64,000 nt of DNA from IMG/VR virus record IMGVR_UViG_3300041955_001927, one strand, 5' to 3'. Under the pieces are notes generated by a model that was not told the DNA's origin, ran no database searches, and saw only the letters and a list, made by a program, of their open reading frames with translations. Below, piece by piece: positions 1 to 9,157 of the stretch. The stretch comes from an uncultured virus (IMG/VR IMGVR_UViG_3300041955_001927) (taxonomy: Duplodnaviria > Heunggongvirae > Uroviricota > Caudoviricetes). The position numbers and the translations under genes are program-made. The stretch's first letter is position 1. Each line of letters opens with the position of its first letter.

Positions 1-507
1 ATGCAAAAAGAGATTGAGGAGTTGAGCAAAATGACCGTGAAACAGCTCCGCCAGAAACACTTGGAGGTGTTCGGCGAGGAGTCCCGGTCCTTCAACAAGC
101 AGTTCCTGTTCCGGCGAATCGCGTGGCGTGTCCAAGCACTGGTGGAAGGAGGCCTCTCTGAACGGGCCCATCGCCGCGCGCTGGAGATCGCCAACGATGC
201 CGATCTGCGCGTCACGGCACCCAGGACGGCGTTCAGGAAGGATGCCACGCTGGATCGCAATCTGAGCGTCAGCCGGAAAGTGGCCGGTGAACTCGACCCG
301 CGGCTTCCGCCGATCGGAAGCAATCTTGAGCGTGAATACAAGGGACGCCCGATCATCGTGAAGGTTCGGGTCGATGGATTCGAGTTCGGCGGTCACCAGT
401 ATCGGTCGCTCAGCGCAATCGCCACTGAGGTCACAGGCACAAAGTGGAATGGCTACGCTTTTTTTGGGATGCCCCCCGCCGGCGAGGTGTCCCATGGCGA
501 GAAGTAG
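1..507 (+). CDS. DUF2924-family protein (serine recombinase-associated)
   Basis: Motifs LxRRIAWRVQAL, LxREYKG, YRSLSAIATEVTGTKWNGYAFFG; overlaps the recombinase start. Confidence 0.85.
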   Translation: MQKEIEELSKMTVKQLRQKHLEVFGEESRSFNKQFLFRRIAWRVQALVEGGLSERAHRRALEIANDADLRVTAPRTAFRKDATLDRNLSVSRKVAGELDPRLPPIGSNLEREYKGRPIIVKVRVDGFEFGGHQYRSLSAIATEVTGTKWNGYAFFGMPPAGEVSHGEK

Positions 508-2071
508 CGCGAAGCGATCGACAGCTTATTCGCCAGCCGCGCCTGTCGAGAAGAAGGTCGTCCGGTGTGCGATCTACACTCGCAAGTCCACCGAGGAGGG
601 GCTGCAGCAGGAATTCAATTCCCTCGATGCCCAGTGGGAAGCAGGCCAGGCGTACATCGTGAGCCAGAAAAACGAGGGCTGGACGGCCCTTGCCGATCGC
701 TACGATGACGGCGGCTACACTGGCGGCAACATGGAGCGGCCAGCCCTCCAGCGGCTTCTTGCGGCAGTCGAATCCCGGTCAATTGACTGCGTTGTCGTCT
801 ACAAGGTCGATCGGCTGAGCCGCTCCCTGATGGATTTCGCGCGGATTGTCGAAGTGTTCGATCAGAACGGTGTCAGCTTTGTTTCAGTCACGCAGCAGTT
901 CAACACCACGACGTCTATCGGACGCCTGACGCTGAACATCCTCCTGTCGTTCGCCCAGTTCGAACGCGAAATCATCTCTGAACGTACGCGCGACAAGATG
1001 TCAGCCGCGCGGCGGAAGGGCAAATGGATCGGGGGCCACCCGGTTCTGGGCTACGACATTGATCCTAAGGGCGGCCGGCTTCATGTGAATCCCGAAGAGG
1101 CAGAACAGGTTCGAACGATCTTCGGACTTTATCTGGAACGGGGCTCACTGCTTCCGGTGCTGCAGGAAACCAACCGGCGCGACATGCTGACCAAACGCTG
1201 GACCACAGGGGACGGCAAGGTCCGCGGGGGCCAGCGAATGGCGAAGGCGACACTCCACGGGATTCTCACCAACGCTATCTACACCGGGATGGTCGACCAC
1301 AAAGGCACCTTGTACCCAGGCCAGCATGACCGCATCATCGACCAGGACACGTGGGATCGGGTCCATGAAACCCTCCGGGGAAACAGGGGCGATCACGGTG
1401 CCAGCGTCAAGAACAAGTTCGGGGCCTTGCTTCGTGGCTTGCTCTTCTGCATGCCCTGCGGGACGCCGATGGTCCACAGCTACACGATGCGGAAGTCGAA
1501 ACGCTACCGCTACTACGTTTGCTACAACGCCCAGCAGCAGGGATGGAAGAACTGCGAGACCAAGTCCGTTACCGCTCAGGCGATCGAAGCCGCGGTTCTC
1601 GAGAGCATCCGGCGAATCGGTCAGGATCCTGAACTGGCGGATGCCGTTGCCACGGAAGCCCTCGAACAGGTGGCGCGCAGGCACCAGGAAATCGACTACG
1701 AAACCGACGGCATACGTCGGCACCTAAGGCAACTCAACCAGAACATCGCGCGGGAAGCCGCGGACACCAGCGTCGACTCCGGCGCGCGGTTCGAGCGAAT
1801 TACCGTTCTGCAGGGTGACATCGAGAAAACGGAACGCCGTTTGGGGGAACTCGAAGCCGAGCGGGGTGACCTCGTCACGGATCACATTAGCGGTGAAGAA
1901 CTCCGCGAGACCATCGCCGAGTTCGACGCAGTCTGGGCGTCAATGACCACGAGGGAGCAGGAAAAGATGATCCGCCTGCTGGTCTCCAAGGTGGGCTACG
2001 ACGGGCGGACAGGCAAGGTCACTGTGAGTTTCAGCAACACAGGAGCTAAAGATTTATGCCAAGCAACGTGA
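494..2071 (+). CDS. Large serine recombinase (resolvase + recombinase + Zn-ribbon domains)
   Basis: CAIYTRKST catalytic Ser, YDDGG..GG..ERPALQRL, VYKVDRLSRS, CxxCG...YRYYxC Zn ribbon, C-terminal coiled coil; ATG at 494 after GAGG. Confidence 0.95.
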   Translation: MARSSAKRSTAYSPAAPVEKKVVRCAIYTRKSTEEGLQQEFNSLDAQWEAGQAYIVSQKNEGWTALADRYDDGGYTGGNMERPALQRLLAAVESRSIDCVVVYKVDRLSRSLMDFARIVEVFDQNGVSFVSVTQQFNTTTSIGRLTLNILLSFAQFEREIISERTRDKMSAARRKGKWIGGHPVLGYDIDPKGGRLHVNPEEAEQVRTIFGLYLERGSLLPVLQETNRRDMLTKRWTTGDGKVRGGQRMAKATLHGILTNAIYTGMVDHKGTLYPGQHDRIIDQDTWDRVHETLRGNRGDHGASVKNKFGALLRGLLFCMPCGTPMVHSYTMRKSKRYRYYVCYNAQQQGWKNCETKSVTAQAIEAAVLESIRRIGQDPELADAVATEALEQVARRHQEIDYETDGIRRHLRQLNQNIAREAADTSVDSGARFERITVLQGDIEKTERRLGELEAERGDLVTDHISGEELRETIAEFDAVWASMTTREQEKMIRLLVSKVGYDGRTGKVTVSFSNTGAKDLCQAT

Positions 2072-2499
2072 CGATTCGGGGTGTGCCGGACGCTAATGTT
2101 GTCGCGGTCGGGTCGGTTCAGGTTGAGACCATGCTTCCCCTACGCAAACGGCCAGCGGAGTCCGCCGAGCGACCTGAAATGGCGTCAAAACCACGGAGTC
2201 GCCCGCCGGTTCCCCGGATCACTCGATTAATGGCGCTCGCCATTAAATCCCAAGAGATGATCGAGCGCGGGGAAGTCGGCAACTACGCGGACGTCGCGCG
2301 GCTAGGACACGTGACTCCGGCGAGGGTCACACAAATAATGAACTTGCTGCTGCTCGCGCCATCGATTCAAGAGAGCATTTTGCAATTCGGAACGCTGCCC
2401 GCCACACAGTCAGTGCTCTCAGAACGCAATCTCCGTCCAGTGACGCTAATTGCCGACTGGGGCCAGCAAAGGCTCGCTTGGGAGCGGCTCAAGCGCTGA
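2056..2499 (+). CDS. Hypothetical HTH protein following the serine recombinase
   Basis: LMALA...YADVARLGHVTPARVTQIMNLLLLAPSIQE, a ParB-HTH-like segment; overlaps the recombinase stop. Confidence 0.7.
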   Translation: MPSNVTIRGVPDANVVAVGSVQVETMLPLRKRPAESAERPEMASKPRSRPPVPRITRLMALAIKSQEMIERGEVGNYADVARLGHVTPARVTQIMNLLLLAPSIQESILQFGTLPATQSVLSERNLRPVTLIADWGQQRLAWERLKR

Positions 2500-2630
2500 G
2501 CCCCTGCTCGTGTGCCCCTCGGGGTATGGATTCAGCTCGACACGGCAGACTTCGGCGCTCTTCCGCCCGTCCAGAAATGGTCGTACGTGGGGCAAGTGAT
2601 TGTTCGGCAATGGGTTATGGGGTGATTCGG

Positions 2631-3533
2631 ATGGGCTATTCTAAAAGGTTGCTAACAAGAGAAAAGGCCGTTTTGGCAACGCTCCAAGAAACGAAGCAGC
2701 ACCTGAGCTCGCTCGTGCTGACTAAGCTGCTCTTTCTGCTGCGCCAGGAGACCGGCGTTGCGAAGAGGGTCGCGGGATTCTATGACTTCGTGCCCTATCG
2801 TTTCGGCCCATACTCCTTCGCGCTCCACAATGACCTCGCCGCGCTCAAAAGAAATGGCTACGTCGAGCCATCTGGCGACAATTGGCGGCTCGGGCGTTTC
2901 GTTGATCGTGATCGAAACTGGATGTCCGAACTGGACGACGACGTGGCCTCAGCGATCCGCTACGTGATTTCCCAACGGGGCGCATTGAAGAGCGATGATC
3001 TCTTGAGACATGTATACCAGACCTATCCGTGGTTCGCTTCGAAGAGCGAGTTGACGGATCTGGTCCCCAAGAATGTGCCAAAGTCCGCCTCCGCAGAGGT
3101 CGCCGTCTACACTGCCGGCTATCAGCAGAAGACAATCGATGCCTTTCTGGCAGGGCTCTTGCGTCAGGGAATCTCGGCAATTATCGATGTTCGGTCCAAT
3201 CCCGTCTCCCGCAACTATGGATTTGCAGGACGGACCCTATCGACACTCGCGGAAAAGGTAGGAATCGGGTACCATCACTTCCCGCACCTCGGCATTCCGA
3301 GCGATGAACGTAAAGATCTGAATTCCGCGAAGCAATATGAGGACCTGTTTGAGGGGTATCGGAAGAAAGTTCTTCCCAGAGAGCCAGATGCCATCGCCGA
3401 AGTCGCCGTACTCATGACGAAGATGCCTTCGACATTACTCTGTTACGAGGCCGATGCCGGTCTCTGCCACCGAAGCCACCTCGCTCACGCCGTGAGCGAA
3501 GCGAACCGATTACCAATAGTGCATTTGCAATGA
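2631..3533 (+). CDS. DUF488-domain protein with N-terminal wHTH/SocA-like domain
   Basis: N-term KLLFLL...YDFVPYRFGPYS; C-term YTAGY, IIDVRSNPVSR, YHHFPHLGIP, LLCYE...CHRSHLA; start chosen at ATG 2631. Confidence 0.8.
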   Translation: MGYSKRLLTREKAVLATLQETKQHLSSLVLTKLLFLLRQETGVAKRVAGFYDFVPYRFGPYSFALHNDLAALKRNGYVEPSGDNWRLGRFVDRDRNWMSELDDDVASAIRYVISQRGALKSDDLLRHVYQTYPWFASKSELTDLVPKNVPKSASAEVAVYTAGYQQKTIDAFLAGLLRQGISAIIDVRSNPVSRNYGFAGRTLSTLAEKVGIGYHHFPHLGIPSDERKDLNSAKQYEDLFEGYRKKVLPREPDAIAEVAVLMTKMPSTLLCYEADAGLCHRSHLAHAVSEANRLPIVHLQ

Positions 3534-4360
3534 ACTCGGGCGGGGAACGGATGCGCATCCTGATCACGGTCAAAACGTATCCGATCCCGTCGGCGAAGTA
3601 CGACGAACTTGTCTGCACTGCGGGTGTGCTGGCGGACGGCTCCTTCGTTAGACTCTACCCCATAAATTTCCGAGATCTCCCGTACAGCCAGCAATTCAGG
3701 AAGTACCAGTGGATCCAAGCCGACGTTAAGAAGCATACCGGTCGCGATGTCCGGAAAGAGAGCTATCGGCCCACCTCAGACACGATTCAGCTGATTGGCG
3801 AGCCGATACCGACGAAGAATGGGGACTGGTCGGAGAGAGCGCGCTTCGCCTTGGCAAAGAAGTCCAGTTCGATGGAACACCTCTACGCACAGCAAGAGGC
3901 CGATCGGACATCCCTGGGCATTTTCAAACCCAAGACGATTCGCGACCTGGTTGTAACTGCCGACGAGGCCGACTGGAAATCAGGGTTCAAAGCTGCGCTC
4001 GCGCAAGCCAGGCTATGGGAGAACCGGACCGTGTCGAAGGAACCACCTCGGAAAGTTCCTTTTAAGTTTCACTATTGGTTCGAGTGCGACGATCCCTCCT
4101 GCAAGGGAAATCACAAAATGATGATTGAGGACTGGGAGGTCGGAGCTTTGTTTTGGAAGTGCGTTGACGCCGGCGCAAGCCAACAGGAGGCGTGTCAAAA
4201 AGTACGGCATAAGTTTCTGGAGCAGATCTGCTCACCAGAATGCGACACGCATTTTTTTGTCGGCACGATCTTGAGTCACCCCAAGACATGGGTGATCATC
4301 GGAGCATTCTACCCGAAAAAACGCTCTGTCTCAGCAGACTCACAAATGGGCCTTTTTTAA
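3530..4360 (+). CDS. Hypothetical protein, DUF488 partner (possible OB-fold nucleic-acid binder)
   Basis: ATGA overlap with the DUF488 gene; motifs ITVKTYP, VCTAG, VRLYPI, SLGIFKP, EDWEVG. Confidence 0.65.
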   Translation: MNSGGERMRILITVKTYPIPSAKYDELVCTAGVLADGSFVRLYPINFRDLPYSQQFRKYQWIQADVKKHTGRDVRKESYRPTSDTIQLIGEPIPTKNGDWSERARFALAKKSSSMEHLYAQQEADRTSLGIFKPKTIRDLVVTADEADWKSGFKAALAQARLWENRTVSKEPPRKVPFKFHYWFECDDPSCKGNHKMMIEDWEVGALFWKCVDAGASQQEACQKVRHKFLEQICSPECDTHFFVGTILSHPKTWVIIGAFYPKKRSVSADSQMGLF

Positions 4361-4408
4361 CCGGCTGACGTGGCTCTTCGCCGGCCTCCCCTCCGCCGTA
4401 AGAGTTTA

Positions 4409-5353
4409 CTATTGCCTGAACACCATGCAAGCGTGGTACTCCAGATTTTCTGTTGATGGCTTTGCCCATACCTGATCAGGTTCTCGAAGGGGCTGGCCTT
4501 CCAGCTTGTAATACTCCTTTCCGTTCTGGAACTCCTCTTTGATTCGATTACTGACGACGACTCGTCGATCGCTTGGGTCAATTGTCAGGTAGCCTCCGTC
4601 GAACAATCGGTGGAGATCGCTTCGCAGAAAGAGACCGTTGGAAACGTCGTGTCGCTGGACGAGCGAATATGGCTTGATGTGTCCTGCTTCGAGGACAGGC
4701 AACGTGCGCTCTCCTGTAATGGCGCATTTTCGCGAATACGCTTCCATTACCTCCACGCGGAACGTTCCTTGACCAAGGCGGGGATGCACGATCTGCGGTC
4801 TCCCGAATCCATTCGACTCTATGGCGGCGACAGTAGCAGTGTCCTGGTCAAGCAACGACGAGGAACTGCGTTTCAGGCGCTCACAGACGGCATCCCACAG
4901 TCGTCTCCCCGCAGCTTCTTCCGAATCGAAAGTCTTGCCAACTTGATTACTAACGCTGAACTCGGGTGGTCGTGGGATCCAATCGGACTTCGGCCAAAAA
5001 AACGGCTCCGTGAGCATGATGCAGCCGACAGTGGGGTTGTCCGCAGGCTGCATCGGGATATTCCGAATGCGCGCGATCCGCGAGCGAAACTCGGGCAGAG
5101 ATTTCACTCCGTTCGCCTCTCCGAACGTTTCCCATGCCATATTGATTGGCATCTGAAGAAAGCGAGTGAAGAAGCCGCCGCCCGCAATGGCGTCGTTTGG
5201 CGACTTTAGTTTGAAAAGCAGTATTTCCCCTGGTTGGAGTGCCCGGAAGTTGGCCTCCGGCGAAGGACGCCAGAAGTTCACTTCCTCGACGCCGCTCTTC
5301 GCCGCGTGTTGAGCGAACCAGTCGTTGTCGGTCACGGCGAGGAAGAGGCGCAT
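4409..5353 (-). CDS. HNH endonuclease with N-terminal PUA/SRA-like domain (putative type IV restriction)
   Basis: C-term RLGQGTFR..V..AY...CAITG....LEAGHIKPY...NGLFLRSDLHRLFD; N-term VNFWRP, LxPGExLLFKLK. Confidence 0.8.
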   Translation of the reverse strand: MRLFLAVTDNDWFAQHAAKSGVEEVNFWRPSPEANFRALQPGEILLFKLKSPNDAIAGGGFFTRFLQMPINMAWETFGEANGVKSLPEFRSRIARIRNIPMQPADNPTVGCIMLTEPFFWPKSDWIPRPPEFSVSNQVGKTFDSEEAAGRRLWDAVCERLKRSSSSLLDQDTATVAAIESNGFGRPQIVHPRLGQGTFRVEVMEAYSRKCAITGERTLPVLEAGHIKPYSLVQRHDVSNGLFLRSDLHRLFDGGYLTIDPSDRRVVVSNRIKEEFQNGKEYYKLEGQPLREPDQVWAKPSTENLEYHACMVFRQ

Positions 5354-5415
5354 CTTTGTTCGGCGGCTGAAGAGTATGATCTCAAAATTGCAGGCTGTAC
5401 GATGCCAGGATGCTG

Positions 5416-6333
5416 TCAGTTCGTAGAGGTCTCTGGTCTCTTCCGGAAGTACTCCTCAATTAACACCGCGGTCCCTGCTTGCATCTGTTCCTCATGACGA
5501 TCACGAAGCCAGTTGTAGATCCAGTCGAAGACGAGCGGACTTCGAACCCGATGGTCAAAGATTTCATTTTGCAGGTGCCGAGACTCGACAGTCGCTTCGT
5601 CCGGAGTAAGCTGGCCGGACACAGCACGCCGCCAGAGCCCTTCCGCAAGTTTGCGCACACGTTCGGCGTTTTCAGCGGCGTCGTTGTTTTCTCGGTGGAT
5701 TCGGACAAGCAATATAAGCGACGGCTGAATCATCAGGACTACTGACACCGCGTTGACAACGGTGGCACCCGACAGCATACCCAGCACAACGATCACGATG
5801 ATGGCCAGAACTACGACGATCATTGCCGTTCTGGCATAACGCTGGCGAAGGTTCCGCTCCCACCAGCCGCAAGAGCGCTGGCACAGCAGCCGCGCGAGGT
5901 GAAGGGGAATCTTCTGAACGTTCGCCGGATACCAATCCTTCAGCTTTTCAAAATCCGGATCAGACTCTCCCTTATCGTGGTGCTTCGAGAGCAGCTCAGG
6001 CTCAGCCCGATCCCCGGCTTTGCAATCCGACCACTGCAACTCGAGTACATCGCAGTCAAATTCCTCCTGGATTCTCGCCGCCTTCGACTTCTTGTCCTTT
6101 ACCATCGGACTGAGGACCAGGACGTCAAGCAGCGTGGCGCAACACGCCCATAGCGACGCGTATGGTTTGAGTACCGGATTGGCCAGCGAGAGCCCGGACC
6201 AGATGATCACTGCCATGGTGCTGACGGCGATCAGCCACACCTGAATCCGCTTCGCTTCGGAATAGAGATCTCGCTGTGCGGCGAGACGCCGAAGGTTGCG
6301 GAGCGAATTCTGAGTAACGACGATCTGGTTCAT
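5416..6333 (-). CDS. S-4TM (SMODS-associated 4TM) pore-forming CBASS effector
   Basis: Four hydrophobic segments; motifs LAAQR.LYS.AKR, AARIQEEFDCDVL, LKDWY, LLCQR, QNEIF.HR...PLVFDWIY; TGATG coupling to the cyclase. Confidence 0.85.
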   Translation of the reverse strand: MNQIVVTQNSLRNLRRLAAQRDLYSEAKRIQVWLIAVSTMAVIIWSGLSLANPVLKPYASLWACCATLLDVLVLSPMVKDKKSKAARIQEEFDCDVLELQWSDCKAGDRAEPELLSKHHDKGESDPDFEKLKDWYPANVQKIPLHLARLLCQRSCGWWERNLRQRYARTAMIVVVLAIIVIVVLGMLSGATVVNAVSVVLMIQPSLILLVRIHRENNDAAENAERVRKLAEGLWRRAVSGQLTPDEATVESRHLQNEIFDHRVRSPLVFDWIYNWLRDRHEEQMQAGTAVLIEEYFRKRPETSTN

Positions 6334-7208
6334 CAGTAATAATAGGGCGTAAATTGCCCGTTGAAGAGCATGTTCCACCAGTAGAACGCGTCAGCGAGAT
6401 TCCCTCTGGTCTCCGCGTCCCTCGCCTTGTCTATTCGAGAACGTGCGGTCGCGATCTTTGAAAGTGCGTCCTGCAGCTTGGCTCCAGTCGCACACGGGGC
6501 AATGTAACCCGATACGCCCGCCGGATCCTGCAGCGCTGGGAGGTTATTGTCGTGCAGGAAAGAGAACACCCTCTGCAGGTCGATTGAATAGAGGATGGTC
6601 GACTCACCAGATGCGTACTTTGCGACCCTCATCTCCAGATAGAAAGACGAGATCGGAACCGCGTTGTAATATTTCCAGGCCTTCAGGAACCTCACAAGGG
6701 GCTTCACCTTGCCGTTCAGCCGCTGATGTTGAGTCAGCACGTAGGCATTATGTGCATCCGGGCTAACGTCCATCCACTGTCTGCCACAGTTGGGAATCTG
6801 GAAAATCTCGAAACCGGCGGCGTTCGTGCCGCGGGAATGCGCCGGAACGATTTCATGCGCCTCGGCGCGACCGACTCCGAACGGCACGGTCACGGCAGGA
6901 CATCGCACGGAAACACCGGTGAATGGAAAGCGCCGATCAAGAACTCCCCTCATCGTCTGTAGTACATAGTCGGAATCATTGTTCAGGTCGGCGGTGGCGA
7001 CTGAGGCAAAATAATCCACGTCGCTGTACCCGCTGATACTCGTGCCATTGCCGAATGATCCAGTCCTGAAGAACCGCTTCACTGTGTAGCTGTTACGAAG
7101 GCACTGGTCTATTGATGCTCTGTGGTTTTGTGCGCTTACGGATTCAGTTGCACTGGGCGTCAACTTCGCGAGGAAATCCCGGAAGCCTTCATCAAGTGTT
7201 CGGGGCAC
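6333..7208 (-). CDS. SMODS / CD-NTase cyclic nucleotide synthase (CBASS)
   Basis: GSFGNGTSISGYSDVDY nucleotidyltransferase motif, EIVPA, KPLVRFLKAWKY, SSFYLE, LQDPAG; GTG start after GGAGG. Confidence 0.9.
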   Translation of the reverse strand: MPRTLDEGFRDFLAKLTPSATESVSAQNHRASIDQCLRNSYTVKRFFRTGSFGNGTSISGYSDVDYFASVATADLNNDSDYVLQTMRGVLDRRFPFTGVSVRCPAVTVPFGVGRAEAHEIVPAHSRGTNAAGFEIFQIPNCGRQWMDVSPDAHNAYVLTQHQRLNGKVKPLVRFLKAWKYYNAVPISSFYLEMRVAKYASGESTILYSIDLQRVFSFLHDNNLPALQDPAGVSGYIAPCATGAKLQDALSKIATARSRIDKARDAETRGNLADAFYWWNMLFNGQFTPYYY

Positions 7209-7280
7209 GATTCGCGATTCCTCCTTTACGCCACCAAAGCTTTAAACACGGCTCGCCAAGGCTCGGCTTTGGGGGCCATT

Positions 7281-9149
7281 CTACGTTCCGGTCACATGGT
7301 AGCCAGACAGTGGGCCTGGGCGGTTGGGACTTCCCATGTATACGTCCATACGACTTTTCTCATCAAGGACCGGAAGAACGCCACCAATCGCGACTGCGAG
7401 CTGAGGATACTCTCGCTGGAAGGTGTCGTCGTAGTTGTCGGAGATGAACGTCGGGACGGCCGGAACTCGCCGGAAACGGAGAGGCTTGCCGCCGAACTCC
7501 CAAACACGATCAGCGAGAGCCTTTATGTTCGGCATGTTGGCACCGCCCCCGGTCAAAACGATCTGAGCATTATCGGCGACGGTCGCCCAACTGACGTCAA
7601 CTGAACTCAGAAAACGCTGCACGGCTTTTTCGATTTCATTGACAACTCCCTTGACTTGTTCGTTGCCGAGAAACTCATCGAGACTGATAGATACAGTTTG
7701 ATCCGTGCTGTCCAGGGTGGTTTGTATCTCGCCGGTTGTGAACAGACGTTCCTTTAGAGAGCGGAGGCCCGTGAGCCGAAGGCCCGTCTCGATTCGCTTT
7801 CGCACCAGCTCATCGGAGCTGCCGTGTGCTCGGGCGATCAATTGAAGCAAGAGCCTCTCATCAATGAAGTCTCCGGCCATCCTGATAGCGTCGCTGTATG
7901 GAGCCACCTGGAAGGCCTTGCGCTGAGGGGAACCGATATTCTGTACGACCCAGAACAGAGAAAAATCCGTCGTGCCAGCACCAACGTCAATAACCATTAC
8001 AAGATTCTTCGTACTGGAATCTGCCCATACACGCCCAGATCCGGCTGCCAAGGGTTCAAGGATGCCCCTTGCCCCACTCGCTTTATCCAGCAGGTAGGAC
8101 AATCGGCTATCGTGTGCGCCGGCGACGGAAACTGCTGCCCTCCAGTGTTCGGCGGGAATACCTGAATGCCACTTCCCGTGGAATGTGTCCGCCAGAATCT
8201 GAGCGCGAGTCATATACTTCGCCAACGTAGATTCCGCCCAGGACCGTTGGGCCGGCTGCCAGGCGGGCACAGTAAAGCGGCGCTTCACGTATCGTGACTT
8301 CCCCTGGGCGGCGAGTTCAGTGACACTCAGGTCCGTTAGGTAGGCCAGAAAGAGGCAGATGGCGTCCTCGTAGCTCAATGGCACTGAGGTCGGATTGAGC
8401 TCTGGTTCAAGACGACGGGCCGCTAAATTATGCTCGTAGGCCACGAGCGTCAGCTGTTGTTTGACTGAGTCGAGTCGCCGCCGATTCCCGTCGCTGAGCA
8501 CAGCATGCGCACTCCGGCGCATTGCTTCCGAACCCACGTAGAGCAAGCCATCGTCGGAAATCCAAATAGATGAAGCCACGGTGTAAATGGCATCGGCGTC
8601 GCCGTCCAGCCGGCCAAGCCCAAGTTCGATCAGTTCAGGATCGGGGTCATCGTCGCCATCCGATATTGAAGCAAAGGCCTTCGATCTGGCTGTGCCGAAG
8701 TCGAGGCACAAGACACACTCGGGGTTCTGCGGCGCGTCAAACGACAGAGCAGTCTCATCCAGTAACGGAGCCCCAGAAATAGGTTCTGCGACAGGAACGG
8801 TGGGGCCGACATCCGGGATCAGCGGTGTTTGGGCATCCGCATCTCCCGCCGACTCGGTTACCGAAGCCGCCGCATTGACCGGCAGGACATTATCCGCAGA
8901 TTCGGAGGCTGACTCAGCCACGGGCTCAGCTCGAATAAACTCATCCTGTGTCACCAACGGAACCGCTCTTGTTTCTGGCGGCGGTACACGTGCAGCCGGT
9001 GCCTCTTCACCGGACGTCAGCACGGAGCTTAACGCCGCCCGTTCCAGGTTGGAGACGGCACTGAGAAACTGTGGCGCTTCGCGTCTCGCATCAGCCTCCA
9101 GTCTTTCCAACAAGCTCGTCAGTAGTATTCGCGCTGTTTGCTCGTCCAT
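7281..9149 (-). CDS. Hsp70/actin-fold ATPase (nucleotide-binding domain only, long acidic Ala/Pro N-terminal linker)
   Basis: LCLDFGT (phosphate 1), LEPLAAG, IDVGAGTTD (phosphate 2), AGDFID, LKERL, LTGGGANMP (adenosine), LAVAIGG; AGGAGG SD. Confidence 0.85.
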   Translation of the reverse strand: MDEQTARILLTSLLERLEADARREAPQFLSAVSNLERAALSSVLTSGEEAPAARVPPPETRAVPLVTQDEFIRAEPVAESASESADNVLPVNAAASVTESAGDADAQTPLIPDVGPTVPVAEPISGAPLLDETALSFDAPQNPECVLCLDFGTARSKAFASISDGDDDPDPELIELGLGRLDGDADAIYTVASSIWISDDGLLYVGSEAMRRSAHAVLSDGNRRRLDSVKQQLTLVAYEHNLAARRLEPELNPTSVPLSYEDAICLFLAYLTDLSVTELAAQGKSRYVKRRFTVPAWQPAQRSWAESTLAKYMTRAQILADTFHGKWHSGIPAEHWRAAVSVAGAHDSRLSYLLDKASGARGILEPLAAGSGRVWADSSTKNLVMVIDVGAGTTDFSLFWVVQNIGSPQRKAFQVAPYSDAIRMAGDFIDERLLLQLIARAHGSSDELVRKRIETGLRLTGLRSLKERLFTTGEIQTTLDSTDQTVSISLDEFLGNEQVKGVVNEIEKAVQRFLSSVDVSWATVADNAQIVLTGGGANMPNIKALADRVWEFGGKPLRFRRVPAVPTFISDNYDDTFQREYPQLAVAIGGVLPVLDEKSRMDVYMGSPNRPGPLSGYHVTGT

Positions 9150-9157
9150 ACATCCTC

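Noticed and set aside
7281..9149. Housekeeping dnaK or mreB
   Set aside because: Highly divergent, no substrate-binding domain, no dnaJ/hrcA or mreCD context
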